Positions 8,388 to 20,790 of a stretch of DNA of 64,000 nt are shown piece by piece (the stretch's first letter is position 1; every line of letters starts with the position of its first letter). Source of the stretch: an uncultured Gammaproteobacteria bacterium (GTDB lineage: Bacteria; Pseudomonadota; Gammaproteobacteria; JACCXJ01); the NCBI GenBank assembly GCA_963764725.1, contig CAVXTM010000018.1:544001-608000 (forward strand). The letters are read 5' to 3'. Below the pieces are notes generated by a model. The model was not told the DNA's origin, searched no databases, and worked only from the letters and a program-made list of their open reading frames with translations. Both the position numbers and the translations under genes were made by a program.

Positions 8388-9743
8388 ATGCTCACTGGCA
8401 GCTTTACCGGCAAGGTGCCCCCCGGCCCGCAGGGCATCCGATTACTTACCCTGTTATTCGCGATGCGGAAAAATCCGCTCCGGTTTCTCACCGAGGCTGC
8501 GCACCGCTACGGAGAGGTGGTTTTTCTCGGCTGGGGTGCCAAACGAGTCTATTTTCTCAATTATCCAAGTTACATAAAACAGGTTCATTCGGATAAGCCA
8601 GCAAACTACGCCAAGGACCCGCGAGTCGCGCGGATCAAGCCACTTTTCGGGGACGGTCTGACGACGAGTGAAGGCGCTCTTTGGAGGCGCCAGCATCAGA
8701 TGATTCAGCCCTTCTTCCACCTAAAGAGGATCGCGGCCTTGGCGCCCCTCATCACCGCGGTGACTGCCAAGAGGCTGGAGCACTGGCAAAGAGCGGCTGC
8801 GGCTGGGGATCGGCTCGATATCGAACTGGAAATGAGGGAGCTCACGCAGGCCATCATCCTCCGGGTGCTCTTCGGCCAAGACCTCCCCGATTCCAAGGCC
8901 AAAGCGATCGGACAGGCATTGCGATTCGCCCTTAACCATATTAACCATCGCGTGTGGGCGCTTTTTGACTTTTCTTCCTTACCCACCCGAAAAAATCGCC
9001 TTTTCCTTCACCACCTACGCACGCTCGATCGATTTGTCTACCACAACATCACTGAGCACTGGCGCAACCCGGCCGTCTCGGATGACCTGCTCGCGCTGCT
9101 TATCGGCGCCCAGGCTGGGGAGCATGGGGAGGCGATGAGCGATCCTCAGCTGCGCGACGAAGCCATGACACTCTTCGTCGCGGGCCACACGACCATGGCG
9201 GCCGGGCTCGCATGGACCTGGTATCTTCTTGCAAAGCACCCGGCGGTGGAAAAGAGGCTTGTCAAGGAACTCGAAGGCGTGCTCGGCGGTCGCGACCCAA
9301 CCTTTGAGGACCTTGCGACCCTGCCTTTGACGCGTAGGGTGATCGAAGAGGCGCTACGGCTCTATCCTCCCACGTGGATCATATCCCGTTATTCGCTTTC
9401 GGATGATGAGATCGGCGGTTACCCCGTCAGGGCACATTCTGCAGTTTTGATCAGCCCTTATGTGCTCCACAGAAACCCGACATTTTGGGACCATCCCGAG
9501 GAGTTTGATCCCGAGCGTTTTACTCCTGAACGCTCGGCCAACCGTCCGAGTTACTCGTACTTGCCCTTCGGAGGCGGGCCACGGGTATGCCTAGGTAAAG
9601 CCTGGGCGCTTATGCAAATGCAGTTGATCTTGGCGATGGTCGCGCAGCGGTACCGGTTGAAGCTAGCGCCTGGATGCCTGGTGAGACCAGAGACCGGCAT
9701 CATGCTTTGCCCTCAGGGTGGGCTAATGATGACGGTCCATTAG
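8388..9743 (+). CDS. Cytochrome P450
   Basis: EALR K-helix, FDPERF, FGGGPRVCLG heme cysteine. Confidence 0.95.
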   Translation: MLTGSFTGKVPPGPQGIRLLTLLFAMRKNPLRFLTEAAHRYGEVVFLGWGAKRVYFLNYPSYIKQVHSDKPANYAKDPRVARIKPLFGDGLTTSEGALWRRQHQMIQPFFHLKRIAALAPLITAVTAKRLEHWQRAAAAGDRLDIELEMRELTQAIILRVLFGQDLPDSKAKAIGQALRFALNHINHRVWALFDFSSLPTRKNRLFLHHLRTLDRFVYHNITEHWRNPAVSDDLLALLIGAQAGEHGEAMSDPQLRDEAMTLFVAGHTTMAAGLAWTWYLLAKHPAVEKRLVKELEGVLGGRDPTFEDLATLPLTRRVIEEALRLYPPTWIISRYSLSDDEIGGYPVRAHSAVLISPYVLHRNPTFWDHPEEFDPERFTPERSANRPSYSYLPFGGGPRVCLGKAWALMQMQLILAMVAQRYRLKLAPGCLVRPETGIMLCPQGGLMMTVH

Positions 9744-10207
9744 CAACCCTAAAGCTCTCGGACCATGCGTCGTCATGCGATCCTTGGTCATCGCGTAATG
9801 TCCAAACATACGATTGCGCATGGTATCAATCCTTCCGCGCCTTGGTAGACCACCGGACTACAGCAGGTACGCCCTTGGGAAATGCAGCCAGGGAGGCTCG
9901 GACATTCCGCAACCCAATAATTGTCCTCCCCACGGGATATGACGACCTGTCGCATGGTTTAACCCTAGACAATCGAATACGAACAATTATATTCCGCCGC
10001 TGGTTGTACCGACATATCGGAGAAACTGCAACGAGTACTCGCCAACCGCCGCGGACATCACCGAAAGATGGCCGGACGCGATTAAGTCGAAGAGGTTGGG
10101 GTCTCTCGTTAGACAGGCTGTTTACGCAGCACGCCCCCTCGTATGCCGGAGTGTAACGTTAGTGCCGGGGATCTTGGTCCGCGCGATTCGGGGGGGCGTT
10201 GCTATGA

Positions 10208-10503
<296 letters not shown>

Positions 10504-10504
<1 letters not shown>

Positions 10505-10940
10505 TGGTTTATTTGGACACCAGCATCGTCGCGCCCTTGCTCCTACCGGAGGCCACGAGCGATGAGGTGGAGCGGTATCTTCAGAACTTCTCTGCAGGCG
10601 AGCTTCGACGAGCGCTTGGACCAAAGAGAGTTCGGCTGATCTCTCGCAAGCGGAAGATGAGCGAACTCGACAAGCGACAGCTGATGAAGTGGGGCCGAGC
10701 TACGATCGCATGCTGCCGAATCTCGAGTACTGTTACCGAGCAGCGGACTACGAGCTCGCGCCGAGCTTCTCAAGACCGCAAAACTGGCTGCGCTGGAGAT
10801 CGGCTGCACCTGCTGTGGCCCACAACCAGGGTGCTGACAACGTCCTTTCGCTCGATGCGGGCCTGATCAAGGCAGCGAAGCAACTAGGAATACCTGCTGA
10901 CACTGGCATTAAACGACCCGAGGCCGGTAATCCCCATAGG
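10504..10940 (+). pseudogene. vapC: PIN/VapC toxin, frameshifted
   Basis: MVYLDTS start; LR-AGD-LHLL and LSLDAGLIKAAKQLG in different frames. Confidence 0.75.
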
Positions 10941-11074
10941 CGACGATTAACCAACCGGTTACGGGGGCACGTCGGCCTATGGAAAAACCGAGCACATCGC
11001 GCATGAAAACGGTGAGCCACGACAAGGACGTCAACGTACGGCGCCAACGGCATGCGATAGCGTCGGTGAGATTT

Positions 11075-11088
11075 ATGATCTAGATCAG
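11075..11088. promoter_or_regulatory. Near-consensus FNR/FixK box upstream of DUF3141 operon
   Basis: ATGATCTAGATCAG versus TTGAT-N4-ATCAA. Confidence 0.5.
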
Positions 11089-11247
11089 GTTGTCGGGCCT
11101 TTGATATAGTAAACTGAACCGCTGAATACCGTGCTTCCAGTCCGCGGTATTTGCAAGAAAAGATCGCCGGCTGCGCCAATGCGTCGGTCAGCGATTCGTG
11201 AATTTCTTCCAGCAATCTCTCACGGCAATCTATGGAGGGGGAAGAAA

Positions 11248-13401
11248 ATGAAAATCAAGGGGCGTGATACCGAACGGGGCGACTATTCTCTTCCTTTTCT
11301 GGCTCCCATTCCGCTAGCCCAAGCCTGGGATTACCTGATCGATGCCGGCCAGCGCACGATCCTGTTCCTCGATATCTTGCGGGAGCGCGGCAATCAATAC
11401 CTCCAACAGGCAGCGGAGACTGTACCTCACGCGCTCGACTACGAGTTCGAGCTCATTATGGATGGCCGCTCGCTCAAGCGGCCCGTCAACTATGGTCTCA
11501 TACAGATCAAGCCGCCAGCGGGCAAGAAGGTGGATCCGAAAAACCGTCCGGTGGTCGTCATCGACCCGCGCGCTGGCCACGGTCCTGGCATCGGCGGGTT
11601 CAAGGCGCAGAGCGAGATCGGCATGGCCCTCGAGGCCGGTTACCCGACCTACTTCATCGGCTTCGCGCCCGAGCCTATCCCCGGCCAGACCATCGAGGAT
11701 ATCGCCGAGGCCGAGGCGCAGTTCCTTGAGAAGGTCATCGAGCTCCATCCCGGGGCCGATGGCAAACCCTTCGTCATCGGCAACTGTCAGGCCGGCTGGG
11801 CAGTGATGCTCGTGGCGGCGGAGCGTCCCGAGCTGTTCGGGCCGATGCTCCTGGCCGGCTCACCGCTCTCCTACTGGGCGGGCGTGCGCGGCAAGAACGC
11901 GATGCGCTACTCAGGCGGCCTGCTTGGGGGGAGCTGGTTGACTGCGCTCGCCAGCGACCTTGGCAACGGGAGGTTCGACGGCTCTCACCTCGTTGCCAAC
12001 TTCGAAAACCTTAACCCCGCCAACACGCTCTGGACCAAGCAATACGATGTCTGGGCCAAGGTCGACACCGAGGCGCCGCGCTACCTCGGCTTCGAGAAGT
12101 GGTGGAATGCGCACCCCCTCCTCAATGGCGAGGAGATGCAGTATATCGTCGATAACCTCTTTGTCGGGAACAAGCTCGCCACCGCCGAGATCGTGACCTC
12201 GGACGGGAAGCGCCTCGATCCGCGCAGAATTAAGTCCCCCATCATCTGCTTCTGTTCCTGGGGCGACGATATCACCCCACCGCCGCAGGCACTCGACTGG
12301 ATCCTCGATCTCTATGAAGACGTCAACGATATCCGCGCGCACGGTCAGACCATCGTCTACTGCGTCCACGAATCGGCTGGGCATCTCGGCATTTTTGTTT
12401 CGGGCAAGGTGGCGGTCAAGGAGTATCAGGAATTCGCCCACAACATCGATATGATCGACTGCCTGCCGCCCGGTCTCTACGAGGCGGTGATCCGGCCGAA
12501 GACCAAGCAGGATGCGAACGTCGATCTCGCGACGGGCGACTTTATCGTCCGCTTCGAGATGCGCACGCTCGACGACATCCGCGCACTCGGGTACAACAGT
12601 GTCATGGATGAGCGCAAGTTCGCCACGGTGGCCCGGCTCTCCGAGATCAATTTGGGGCTCTACCGCACCTTTCTCCAGCCCTGGGTCAAGATGATGGTCA
12701 ACGAGCAGACCGCGGAGTGGCTGCACAAGACTCACCCTCTGCGTCTGCAATACACACTGTTTGCTGACACCATTCCCTTCATACGGCCGGTGGCACAGCT
12801 GGCCGAACAGGTTCACGCCCAGCGCCGCCCGGCCTCGCCCGACAACCCGCTGCTGCTCCTCCAGGAGCAAGCCTCAAAGACGATCATCTACCTGCTCGAT
12901 GCCTACCGCGACCTGCGCGACCAGAGTTTGGAGGCGATCTTCCATGCCATTTATGGAGCACCGCAGGTACAGGCGCTGCTTGGCCTCAAGGCTACCGATG
13001 AGCCACCGCGCCGCCGGCCAGGTCTCGAGCCCGAGGAGCGCGCTTTCATCAACCAAAAGATTGCGGAACTTAAGGCCCGGATCTCGGAAGGAGGACTGCG
13101 CGAGGCGGGGATCCGCTCCATCGTCTATATCGGTCTCGCAGACGCCTTCGCCGATGAGCGCAACTTCGCGGTCATCCGGCGCCTGCGCGCGGAGCCGGAG
13201 TACAGCCTGCCGCTTGCTGAGTTCAAGCAGAAGCTGCGCGAGCAGTTCTTCATGCTGCTGCTCGACGAGGAGAACGCGGTTCGTGCAATCCCGGCCATGC
13301 TGCCTGAGGACCGTGACCAGCGGGAGCAGGCCTACGCGATAGTGCGGGAGATCATGCTCGCCGGCAGGCGAGCCGAGCGAAGAGAGGCGCCGCCGCCTTG
13401 A
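11248..13401 (+). CDS. DUF3141 protein (PHA-synthase-like alpha/beta hydrolase); probable frameshift near C-terminus
   Basis: DPRAGHGPGIGGFK, GNCQAGW nucleophile elbow, GDDITPPPQAL, GHLGIF. Confidence 0.9.
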   Translation: MKIKGRDTERGDYSLPFLAPIPLAQAWDYLIDAGQRTILFLDILRERGNQYLQQAAETVPHALDYEFELIMDGRSLKRPVNYGLIQIKPPAGKKVDPKNRPVVVIDPRAGHGPGIGGFKAQSEIGMALEAGYPTYFIGFAPEPIPGQTIEDIAEAEAQFLEKVIELHPGADGKPFVIGNCQAGWAVMLVAAERPELFGPMLLAGSPLSYWAGVRGKNAMRYSGGLLGGSWLTALASDLGNGRFDGSHLVANFENLNPANTLWTKQYDVWAKVDTEAPRYLGFEKWWNAHPLLNGEEMQYIVDNLFVGNKLATAEIVTSDGKRLDPRRIKSPIICFCSWGDDITPPPQALDWILDLYEDVNDIRAHGQTIVYCVHESAGHLGIFVSGKVAVKEYQEFAHNIDMIDCLPPGLYEAVIRPKTKQDANVDLATGDFIVRFEMRTLDDIRALGYNSVMDERKFATVARLSEINLGLYRTFLQPWVKMMVNEQTAEWLHKTHPLRLQYTLFADTIPFIRPVAQLAEQVHAQRRPASPDNPLLLLQEQASKTIIYLLDAYRDLRDQSLEAIFHAIYGAPQVQALLGLKATDEPPRRRPGLEPEERAFINQKIAELKARISEGGLREAGIRSIVYIGLADAFADERNFAVIRRLRAEPEYSLPLAEFKQKLREQFFMLLLDEENAVRAIPAMLPEDRDQREQAYAIVREIMLAGRRAERREAPPP

Positions 13402-13612
13402 CCATGTCGCCACACTCTTCGGTCTTGGAGTGACAGAAAGAAGGAGCAAGAAGGTCGCTGCGGTAAAGAAGGTTAAATCGTGACTGAAACCGTTAAAAAC
13501 CGAACGCTGAGACAACCTGTTCATCGAGGCTAGGTTACCGGGGGCAGTCATGCGGCAAGCCAAGCCGAAAGGGCAGTCATCGATGCTGCCGTTGACCTAT
13601 TTCTCGAAGGGT

Positions 13613-15052
13613 ATGGCCATGGCACCTAGGCAATTTTGGATAGGCACCTTGGTAGTCTTGGCGGGATGTGCAGTAGGTCCCGATTATCGGGAACCCGTGC
13701 CCACTGTCCCGGATCGCTGGCAAGCCGAAAACGCGACTGGCTTGAAACCCATCGACCCGGAGACCCTGAAAAACTGGTGGAAAAGCTTCGGCGACGCCCG
13801 CCTGGACCGCCTGATGGATCAGGCGCTCTCCGGCAATCTGGACCTCAAGATCGCGCTGACCCGCATCGACCAGGCCCGCGCCCAGCGCCGCGGCACCCGA
13901 GCCGAGCTGTTTCCAGAGGTCAACGCCTCGGCGAACGCGGGAAGGTTCGACAATCCCTTGCCAGGCATCGTGCCCACCAGCACCCGCTTCAACCTGTTCG
14001 AGCTGGGTTTCGACGCCTTTTGGGAAGTCGATCTGTTCGGCCGCTTGCGGCGCCGGGTGGAGGCGGCGACCGCCGATCTCGGCGCGGCGGCGGAGGACTA
14101 TGCCCAGACGCTCGTGACGCTGACGGCCGATCTGGCGCGCGCCTATGTCGAATACCGGAGCCTTCAGGACCAGCTGCGCATCACACGCTCGAACCTGGAT
14201 ACGCAGCAGCACACCCTGAGACTGACGGAAAGGCTGTTCGAGGTAGGCGCCGGCACACGGCACGATGTGGTGCGGGCGCGGGCCCAGACCGAGACCACGG
14301 CGGCCCAGATTCCCGCCCTCGAGGCCGGGCTCGTCGCCACGCTTCGGCAACTGGACGTGCTGGTGGGGCGGCAGCCCGGTGCGCTGACGGCCGACCTGGA
14401 CGCGCCCGGGCCCGTGCCGGCGGCGCCGGGCCGGGAGCTCCTGGCCTCCCCGGCGGCCACGATCCGCCATCGCCCCGATCTCCGCGTCGCCGAGCGCCGG
14501 CTCGCGGCCGCCACCGCCCTGCAGGGCGCCGCGATCGCCGAGTGGTTCCCGAAACTGTCACTGGCGACCTTCTTGGGCTTCCGCAACACCGATCTCGAAG
14601 ACTTGTTCAAGTCGTCGTCCTTCTCCTACGGCGTTATCGGCAACCTCCTGCAGCCGCTGGTCAATTTCGGCCGCATCCAGGCCGGCATCGACTTGGCCGA
14701 CGCGCAGCAAAAGGAAGCCTATCTGGCTTTCGAGAAGGCGGTGCTGGAAGCCCTGCGGGAGACGGAAACCGCCCTGACCCGCTATCTGCTGGAGGAGGTG
14801 CGGCGGCAGACCCTGGCCCGCTCGGTGGCGGACCAGCGTGAATCCGTGAGGCTGTCGCAACTTCGCTATCAAGAGGGTGTCATCTCGTTCCTGGACGTGC
14901 TGGACGCCCAGCGCGCCCTCTACGCCGCCGAACTCGAGCTCGCCCGGTCCCAAGCGGCGGTCTCCACCAATCTGATCGCCGTGTACAAATCGCTGGGCGG
15001 CGGCGCGAACGCCGGGCCGCATCAACCGGAATCCATTCAGGGGAAATCATGA
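13613..15052 (+). CDS. NodT/OprM-family outer membrane efflux lipoprotein
   Basis: [33 protein letters not shown]. Confidence 0.93.
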   Translation: MAMAPRQFWIGTLVVLAGCAVGPDYREPVPTVPDRWQAENATGLKPIDPETLKNWWKSFGDARLDRLMDQALSGNLDLKIALTRIDQARAQRRGTRAELFPEVNASANAGRFDNPLPGIVPTSTRFNLFELGFDAFWEVDLFGRLRRRVEAATADLGAAAEDYAQTLVTLTADLARAYVEYRSLQDQLRITRSNLDTQQHTLRLTERLFEVGAGTRHDVVRARAQTETTAAQIPALEAGLVATLRQLDVLVGRQPGALTADLDAPGPVPAAPGRELLASPAATIRHRPDLRVAERRLAAATALQGAAIAEWFPKLSLATFLGFRNTDLEDLFKSSSFSYGVIGNLLQPLVNFGRIQAGIDLADAQQKEAYLAFEKAVLEALRETETALTRYLLEEVRRQTLARSVADQRESVRLSQLRYQEGVISFLDVLDAQRALYAAELELARSQAAVSTNLIAVYKSLGGGANAGPHQPESIQGKS

Positions 15053-16119
15053 GCAAGAGAATGAAATCGGCGCTGATTCTTGTCGGGGTCGTCGTGGCCG
15101 TCGCTGTGCTCTGGTGGGTCATGCGTCCCAAAGGTCTCCCTCCCGGCATCGCTGCCGGCAACGGCCGTATCGAGGCGACCGAAATCGACATCGCCGCGAA
15201 AATTCCCGGCCGCATCGTCGAGGTCCTGGCGCGGGAAGGCGACTTCGTGCAGCCCGGCGAGGTGGTTGCGCGCATGGACACGCTCACGCTGCGCGCCCAA
15301 CGGGCCGAAGCCCAGGCCCAAGTCCGCCAGGCCGAGGATGCCTATCGGACGGCGCAATCCACCGTGGCCCAACGCCAGAGCGAACTGGCCACCGCGGAGG
15401 CGGTCGTGGCCCAGCGCCGCGCCGAGCTCGATGCCATCGGCAAACATCTAAAACGCTCCCAGGCGCTCGTCGGCGAGGGGGCCGCGTCGCAGCAACAACT
15501 CGATGACGACCGCGCCCAGACGCTGGCCGCCCAAGCCGCAGTCAGCGCGGCGCAGGCGCAGGTGGCGGCGGCACGGGCGGCCATCGAGGCGGCGAAATCG
15601 CAGGTCGTGGAAGCGCGGTCGGCGATCGACGCGGCCAAGGCGACGGTCGAGCGCCTGCAGGCGGACATCGACGACAGCGAACTGAAGTCACCGGTCCTCG
15701 CCCGCGTGCAGTACCGCATCGCCGAGCCGGGTGAAGTGCTGGGTGCCGGCGGCCGGGTGCTCAACCTGATGGACCTCACCGACGTCTACATGACCTTCTT
15801 TTTACCTACCGAGGAGGCTGGCAAGGTCGCCCTCGGCAGCGACATCCGCCTGGTGCTCGATTTCATACCGAACTACGTGATTCCGGCCAAGGCCAGCTTC
15901 GTGGCCAGCGTCGCCCAGTTCACCCCGAAAACGGTGGAGACCGAGAGCGAACGCCTCAAGCTGATGTTCCGGGTGAAAGCGAATGTCGCTCCCGAGTTGT
16001 TGAAACAGTATCTCGAGGGGGTCAAGACCGGCTTGCCCGGCGTGGCTTACGTCAAGATCGATCCGGCCGCGTCTTGGCCCGCCTCGCTCGAGGTCCGACT
16101 GCCGCCGCTACGGCCATGA
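15049..16119 (+). CDS. yhiI: HlyD-family membrane fusion protein
   Basis: [32 protein letters not shown]. Confidence 0.9.
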   Translation: MSKRMKSALILVGVVVAVAVLWWVMRPKGLPPGIAAGNGRIEATEIDIAAKIPGRIVEVLAREGDFVQPGEVVARMDTLTLRAQRAEAQAQVRQAEDAYRTAQSTVAQRQSELATAEAVVAQRRAELDAIGKHLKRSQALVGEGAASQQQLDDDRAQTLAAQAAVSAAQAQVAAARAAIEAAKSQVVEARSAIDAAKATVERLQADIDDSELKSPVLARVQYRIAEPGEVLGAGGRVLNLMDLTDVYMTFFLPTEEAGKVALGSDIRLVLDFIPNYVIPAKASFVASVAQFTPKTVETESERLKLMFRVKANVAPELLKQYLEGVKTGLPGVAYVKIDPAASWPASLEVRLPPLRP

Positions 16120-18884
16120 GCCCCGCTTCCGTGACCACCGTCATTTGCATTCAGGACGTAACCCTCCGCTATGGCGAGACACTCGCCCTGGCCGACCTCA
16201 GCCTGGATATTCCCGCCAATCGCATGGTGGGCCTGATCGGCCCCGACGGCGTAGGCAAATCCAGCCTGATGTCTCTCCTCACCGGCGCCCGGGCGATGCA
16301 GCAGGGCCGCATCGAGGTGCTGGGCGGCGACATCGCCGACGCCGCCCATCGCCGCGCCGTCTACCCGCGCATCGCCTACATGCCGCAAGGGCTCGGCAAG
16401 AACCTCTATCCCACCCTGTCGGTGTTCGAGAACGTGGATTTCTTCGGCCGCCTGTTCGGCCAGGATCGGGCCGAACGCGACGCGCGGATTGCGGAACTTT
16501 TGGAAAGCACCGGCCTCGCGCCCTTCCGCGATCGTCCGGCGGGGAAGCTTTCGGGTGGCATGAAGCAGAAGCTGGGGCTGTGCTGCTCACTGATCCACGA
16601 CCCCGACCTCCTAGTGCTGGACGAACCGACCACCGGCGTCGATCCCTTGTCGCGCGCCCAGTTCTGGGAACTCATCGATCGCCTCCGCGCGCGCCGTGCA
16701 GGCATGAGCGTGCTGGTCTCCACGGCCTACATGGACGAGGCGGGGCGCTTCGACTGGCTGGTGGCGATGGATGCGGGCCGGGTCCTCGCCACCGACACCG
16801 CGTCCGAACTGCGCGCCCGCACCGGCGCCGACACCCTGGAAGCGGCCTTCATCCGGCTGCTGCCGGAGGAAAAGCGCAAGGGCCACCGGGACGTGGTGAT
16901 TCCGCCCCGCGCGACCTCCGGCGCGCCGGAAATCGCCATCGAGGCCCACGATCTCACCATGCGCTTCGGCGATTTCGTCGCCGTCGATCATGTCAGCCTG
17001 CGGATCGAGCGGGGCGAGATCTTCGGCTTTCTAGGCTCCAACGGTTGCGGCAAATCGACCACCATGAAAATGCTCACCGGCCTCCTGCCGCCGAGCGAAG
17101 GCGTGGCGCGGCTGTTCGGCCAAGTCCTCGACGCCGGCAATCTGGCCACCCGCCGGCGCGTCGGCTACATGACGCAGGCCTTCTCCCTTTATTCCGAGCT
17201 GACCGTACGGCAAAACCTGGAACTGCACGCCAAGCTGTTCCATCTCCCCAATGCCGAGATCCCCGCCCGCGTCGCCGAGCTGACGGAGCGCTTCCAGCTC
17301 GGTCCGGTCATGGACACCCTGCCCGACGCCGTGCCGCTGGGCGTGCGCCAGCGCCTGTCGCTGGCGGTGGCGGTGATCCACCGGCCGGACCTCCTGATTC
17401 TCGACGAGCCGACCTCCGGCGTCGATCCGGTGGCGCGGGACGGCTTCTGGGAGCTGATCATCGACCTCGCGCGCCGCGACCGGGTCACCATCTTCATTAC
17501 CACCCACTTCATGAACGAGGCCGAGCGCTGCGACCGCATCTCGCTGATGCATGCGGGCAAGGTGCTCGCCAGCGACAGCCCCGCCGCGCTGGTCGAGAAA
17601 AGAGGCTGTGCCACGCTGGAGGAAGCCTTCATGGATTATCTGAAGGAAGCGAGCGGCCTGGCTGACGAACCGGCGGGCGCGGGCCCAACCCAGGCCGCCG
17701 GCACGCCCGTCCAGACCTCGGCCCCGGCGCGCGGCCATTCCGTCCAACCCAGCGCCCGCTTCAGCCTACAGCGCCTGTTCAGCTACACCCTGCGCGAAAC
17801 GCTGGAACTGCGCCGCGATCCCATACGTGGGTCAATCGCCCTGCTCGGCACGCTGTTTCTGATGGTCACCTTCAGTTACGGCATCAATTTGGACATCGAG
17901 AATCTGCGCTTTGCCGTGCTCGACCGCGACCAGACCCTGCTCAGTCAGAACTACGCCCTCGAAGTCAGCGGCTCGCGCTACTTCATCGAGCAGTCGCCGA
18001 TCACCGACTACGACGACCTCGATCGCCGCATGCGCAGCGGCGAACTGAGCCTGGCGCTGGAAATGCCGCCCAACTTCGGGCGCAATGTCGAACGCGGCGA
18101 CGCGGTCAAAATCGGTACCTGGATCGACGGCGCCATGCCTTTCCGCGCCGAGACCTTGCGCGGCTATGTAAATACCATGCACCAGGGCTGGCTGCTGGAG
18201 CAAGCGCGGCGTCGTGCGACGAGCGGTGTGCCTGCCGGGCTGATCAATATCGAAACGCGCTACCGCTACAACCCCGACGTCAAAAGCCTCCCGGCCATCG
18301 TGCCGGCCGTGATCCCGATGCTGCTGATGATGATCCTGGCCATGCTCAGCGCGCTTAGCGTGGTGCGCGAAAAGGAGATGGGCTCCATCCTCAATCTGTA
18401 CACCACCCCGGTGAGCAAGACGGAGTTTATCCTCGGCAAGCAGCTGCCCTATATCGCCATCGGCATGATCAACTTCTTCCTCGTGTGCGCCATGGCGGTG
18501 TTCGTTTTCGGTGTGCCGCACAAGGGCGACTTCCTGTTCCTGACCTTGGCCGCGCTGCTCTACGTGGTCACCTGCACCGGCATCGGGATGTTGGTCTCGG
18601 TCTTCACCCGCACCCAGGTCGCCGCCATCTACGCCAGCTTCCTCGGCAGTTACATCCCGTCCGCACGCTTTTCCGGGATGATCGATCCGGTGGCGTCTCT
18701 GGAGGGCGGTGCCCGCTTCACCGGGGAGATCTTTCCCGGTACGTATTTCATGACCATCTGCCGCGGTACCTTTTCCAAGGCACTGGGTTTCGCCGAGCTC
18801 AGTCCCACCTTGCTGCCGCTCGCCCTCGCCATTCCGGTGATCCTGGGCTTGAGCATCGCGCTGCTGAAGAAACAGGAGCGTTGA
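16116..18884 (+). CDS. rbbA: RbbA: two ABC domains fused to an ABC-2 permease
   Basis: GPDGVGKS and GSNGCGKS Walker A motifs; C-terminal TM domain ending LLKKQER. Confidence 0.93.
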   Translation: MSPASVTTVICIQDVTLRYGETLALADLSLDIPANRMVGLIGPDGVGKSSLMSLLTGARAMQQGRIEVLGGDIADAAHRRAVYPRIAYMPQGLGKNLYPTLSVFENVDFFGRLFGQDRAERDARIAELLESTGLAPFRDRPAGKLSGGMKQKLGLCCSLIHDPDLLVLDEPTTGVDPLSRAQFWELIDRLRARRAGMSVLVSTAYMDEAGRFDWLVAMDAGRVLATDTASELRARTGADTLEAAFIRLLPEEKRKGHRDVVIPPRATSGAPEIAIEAHDLTMRFGDFVAVDHVSLRIERGEIFGFLGSNGCGKSTTMKMLTGLLPPSEGVARLFGQVLDAGNLATRRRVGYMTQAFSLYSELTVRQNLELHAKLFHLPNAEIPARVAELTERFQLGPVMDTLPDAVPLGVRQRLSLAVAVIHRPDLLILDEPTSGVDPVARDGFWELIIDLARRDRVTIFITTHFMNEAERCDRISLMHAGKVLASDSPAALVEKRGCATLEEAFMDYLKEASGLADEPAGAGPTQAAGTPVQTSAPARGHSVQPSARFSLQRLFSYTLRETLELRRDPIRGSIALLGTLFLMVTFSYGINLDIENLRFAVLDRDQTLLSQNYALEVSGSRYFIEQSPITDYDDLDRRMRSGELSLALEMPPNFGRNVERGDAVKIGTWIDGAMPFRAETLRGYVNTMHQGWLLEQARRRATSGVPAGLINIETRYRYNPDVKSLPAIVPAVIPMLLMMILAMLSALSVVREKEMGSILNLYTTPVSKTEFILGKQLPYIAIGMINFFLVCAMAVFVFGVPHKGDFLFLTLAALLYVVTCTGIGMLVSVFTRTQVAAIYASFLGSYIPSARFSGMIDPVASLEGGARFTGEIFPGTYFMTICRGTFSKALGFAELSPTLLPLALAIPVILGLSIALLKKQER

Positions 18885-18938
18885 GTCTGCAGAAAAACCA
18901 ACGGATTTTCCATTTCCATAACATAAGAAGTACCTGCA

Positions 18939-19385
18939 ATGGATCAGTCAATCATCAGTGGCCTTGCGGCTGTTCTCGGGTCTTTGGTCGGGGGGGCTTC
19001 TTCCATCGCGACCGCGTGGTTTACTCAAAGAGCTCAAAGCCACCGTTTATCGGTCAATGCTGAAATTCGACGGCGCGAACTGGTCTATACCGAGTTCATC
19101 AATGAATGTTCCAAGTTGGCGATTGATGCCTTCGATCACACACTCAATGATCCTGGAAGACTGATGGCTGCCTATGCGCTTCTGAACCGTATGAGGCTTA
19201 TTTCGTCGGGTTCGGTCGTTGATGCCGCGGACCAAACTTTAAAGGATATCGTGAAGCAGTATTTTGAACCCCATGTATCCATAGAAGAACTGCCCAAAAT
19301 GGCGGCTTCGGGACGCGCAGACCCTCTGAAAGAGTTCAGTACCGTCGCCCGACAGGAACTGCTTAGACTGAATCGTGAGATCTAA
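18939..19385 (+). CDS. Hypothetical protein with N-terminal TM helix, inserted in the efflux operon
   Basis: Intact 148-aa ORF, visibly lower GC than flanking genes. Confidence 0.7.
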   Translation: MDQSIISGLAAVLGSLVGGASSIATAWFTQRAQSHRLSVNAEIRRRELVYTEFINECSKLAIDAFDHTLNDPGRLMAAYALLNRMRLISSGSVVDAADQTLKDIVKQYFEPHVSIEELPKMAASGRADPLKEFSTVARQELLRLNREI

Positions 19386-19502
19386 GCTCCCGGATCCTAG
19401 GTTCCGAGTTTGGAAAATCCCGAGACCAAGGCATTCCCGCATGTATAACCCCATCATTCACGCTGGGCGATCTGACCGAACGCCTAGCGGCTTCTGAGCT
19501 CC

Positions 19503-20627
19503 ATGCACACCCTGCTCAACATTTTCCATCTCGGGGTCAAGGAGCTGCGCAGCCTCGGCCGCGACACCATGATGTTGATCATCATCGCCTTCGCGTTCAG
19601 CGGCCAGATCTATGTGGTCGCCACAGGCATCCCCGAATCGCTGCACAAGGCACCCATCGCCATCGTCGACGAAGACCGCTCGCAACTGTCGCAACGCATC
19701 GTCAATGCCTTCTATCCGCCCCGTTTCCTGACACCGGCCATCATCGACCCATCCGCCACCGACCCCGGCATGGATGAAGGGCTCTACACCTTCGTCCTCG
19801 ACATCCCGCCCGATTTCCAGCGGGACGTCTTGGCTGGGCGCCAACCGACGATCCAGGTCAACGTCGACGCCACGCGCATGACGCAGGCTTTCCTCGGCAA
19901 CGGCTATATCCATGTCATCGTCAACAGCGAGGTGACGGCCTTCGTCCAGCATCATCGCGCTGACGCCATCCTGCCGGTCGAACCGGAAGTGCGCGTGCTC
20001 TTCAATCCGAATCTGAGCAATGTGTGGTTCGGTTCGGTGATGGAGCTGATCAACAGCATCACCGCGCTGTCCCTCATCCTCACCGGCGCGGCGCTGATCC
20101 GCGAGCGCGAGCACGGCACCATCGAGCATTTGCTGGTGATGCCGCTGACCCCGTTCGAAATCATGATGGCCAAGGTATGGTCCATGGGCCTGGTGGTGGT
20201 CCTCATGGCGACGGCGTCGCTCGTCTTCGTCGTGCAGGGCTGGCTCGAAGTGCCCATCCAGGGCTCGATCGCCCTGTTCGTCCTGGGGATGGCGCTGCAC
20301 CTGTTCGCCACCACTTCGCTGGGCATCTTGCTGGGCACCGTGGCGCGCTCGATGCCGCAACTGGGACTGATGATGGTCATCACCCTGCTGCCGCTGCAGA
20401 TGCTGTCCGGCGGCATGACTCCGTTCGAGAGCATGCCCGATTGGGTGCAGAAGATCATGCAGGTGGCGCCGACCACCCATTTCGTCTCGCTCTCCCAGGC
20501 CATTCTCTACCGCGGGGCCGACATCACGATCGTCTGGCCGCAGTGCCTTACCCTGCTGGCCATCGGCAGCGTTTTTTTCGGGCTGGCGCTGAGCCGCTTC
20601 CGCAAGACCATCGGTACGATGGCCTGA
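19503..20627 (+). CDS. yhhJ: ABC-2 permease
   Basis: LGVKELRSL, ALIREREHGTIEHLLVMP. Confidence 0.9.
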   Translation: MHTLLNIFHLGVKELRSLGRDTMMLIIIAFAFSGQIYVVATGIPESLHKAPIAIVDEDRSQLSQRIVNAFYPPRFLTPAIIDPSATDPGMDEGLYTFVLDIPPDFQRDVLAGRQPTIQVNVDATRMTQAFLGNGYIHVIVNSEVTAFVQHHRADAILPVEPEVRVLFNPNLSNVWFGSVMELINSITALSLILTGAALIREREHGTIEHLLVMPLTPFEIMMAKVWSMGLVVVLMATASLVFVVQGWLEVPIQGSIALFVLGMALHLFATTSLGILLGTVARSMPQLGLMMVITLLPLQMLSGGMTPFESMPDWVQKIMQVAPTTHFVSLSQAILYRGADITIVWPQCLTLLAIGSVFFGLALSRFRKTIGTMA

Positions 20628-20629
20628 TA

Positions 20630-20790
20630 GGCGATGGTGAGCTGGCCGAGTGGTTCTCGATCGCGGGGCTGTTCGGCGAGGCCCTGGCCAAACACGCGAA
20701 GGGTGAGATGATCGCCGTGTCCGGCAAGCTCACCAAGTCGGTTTGGACGGACAAGAACGGCGTGGAGGGCTTCGGATTCTCGGTTGCGAG
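20630..20790 (+). pseudogene. SSB-like OB-fold fragment
   Basis: EWFSI...KGEMIAVSGKLTKSVWTDKNG. Confidence 0.55.

Noticed and set aside
10108-10116. Third att junction near the Phd-PIN module (lone GTTAGACAG)
   Set aside because: Single arm-like word with no IHF box or tRNA fragment.
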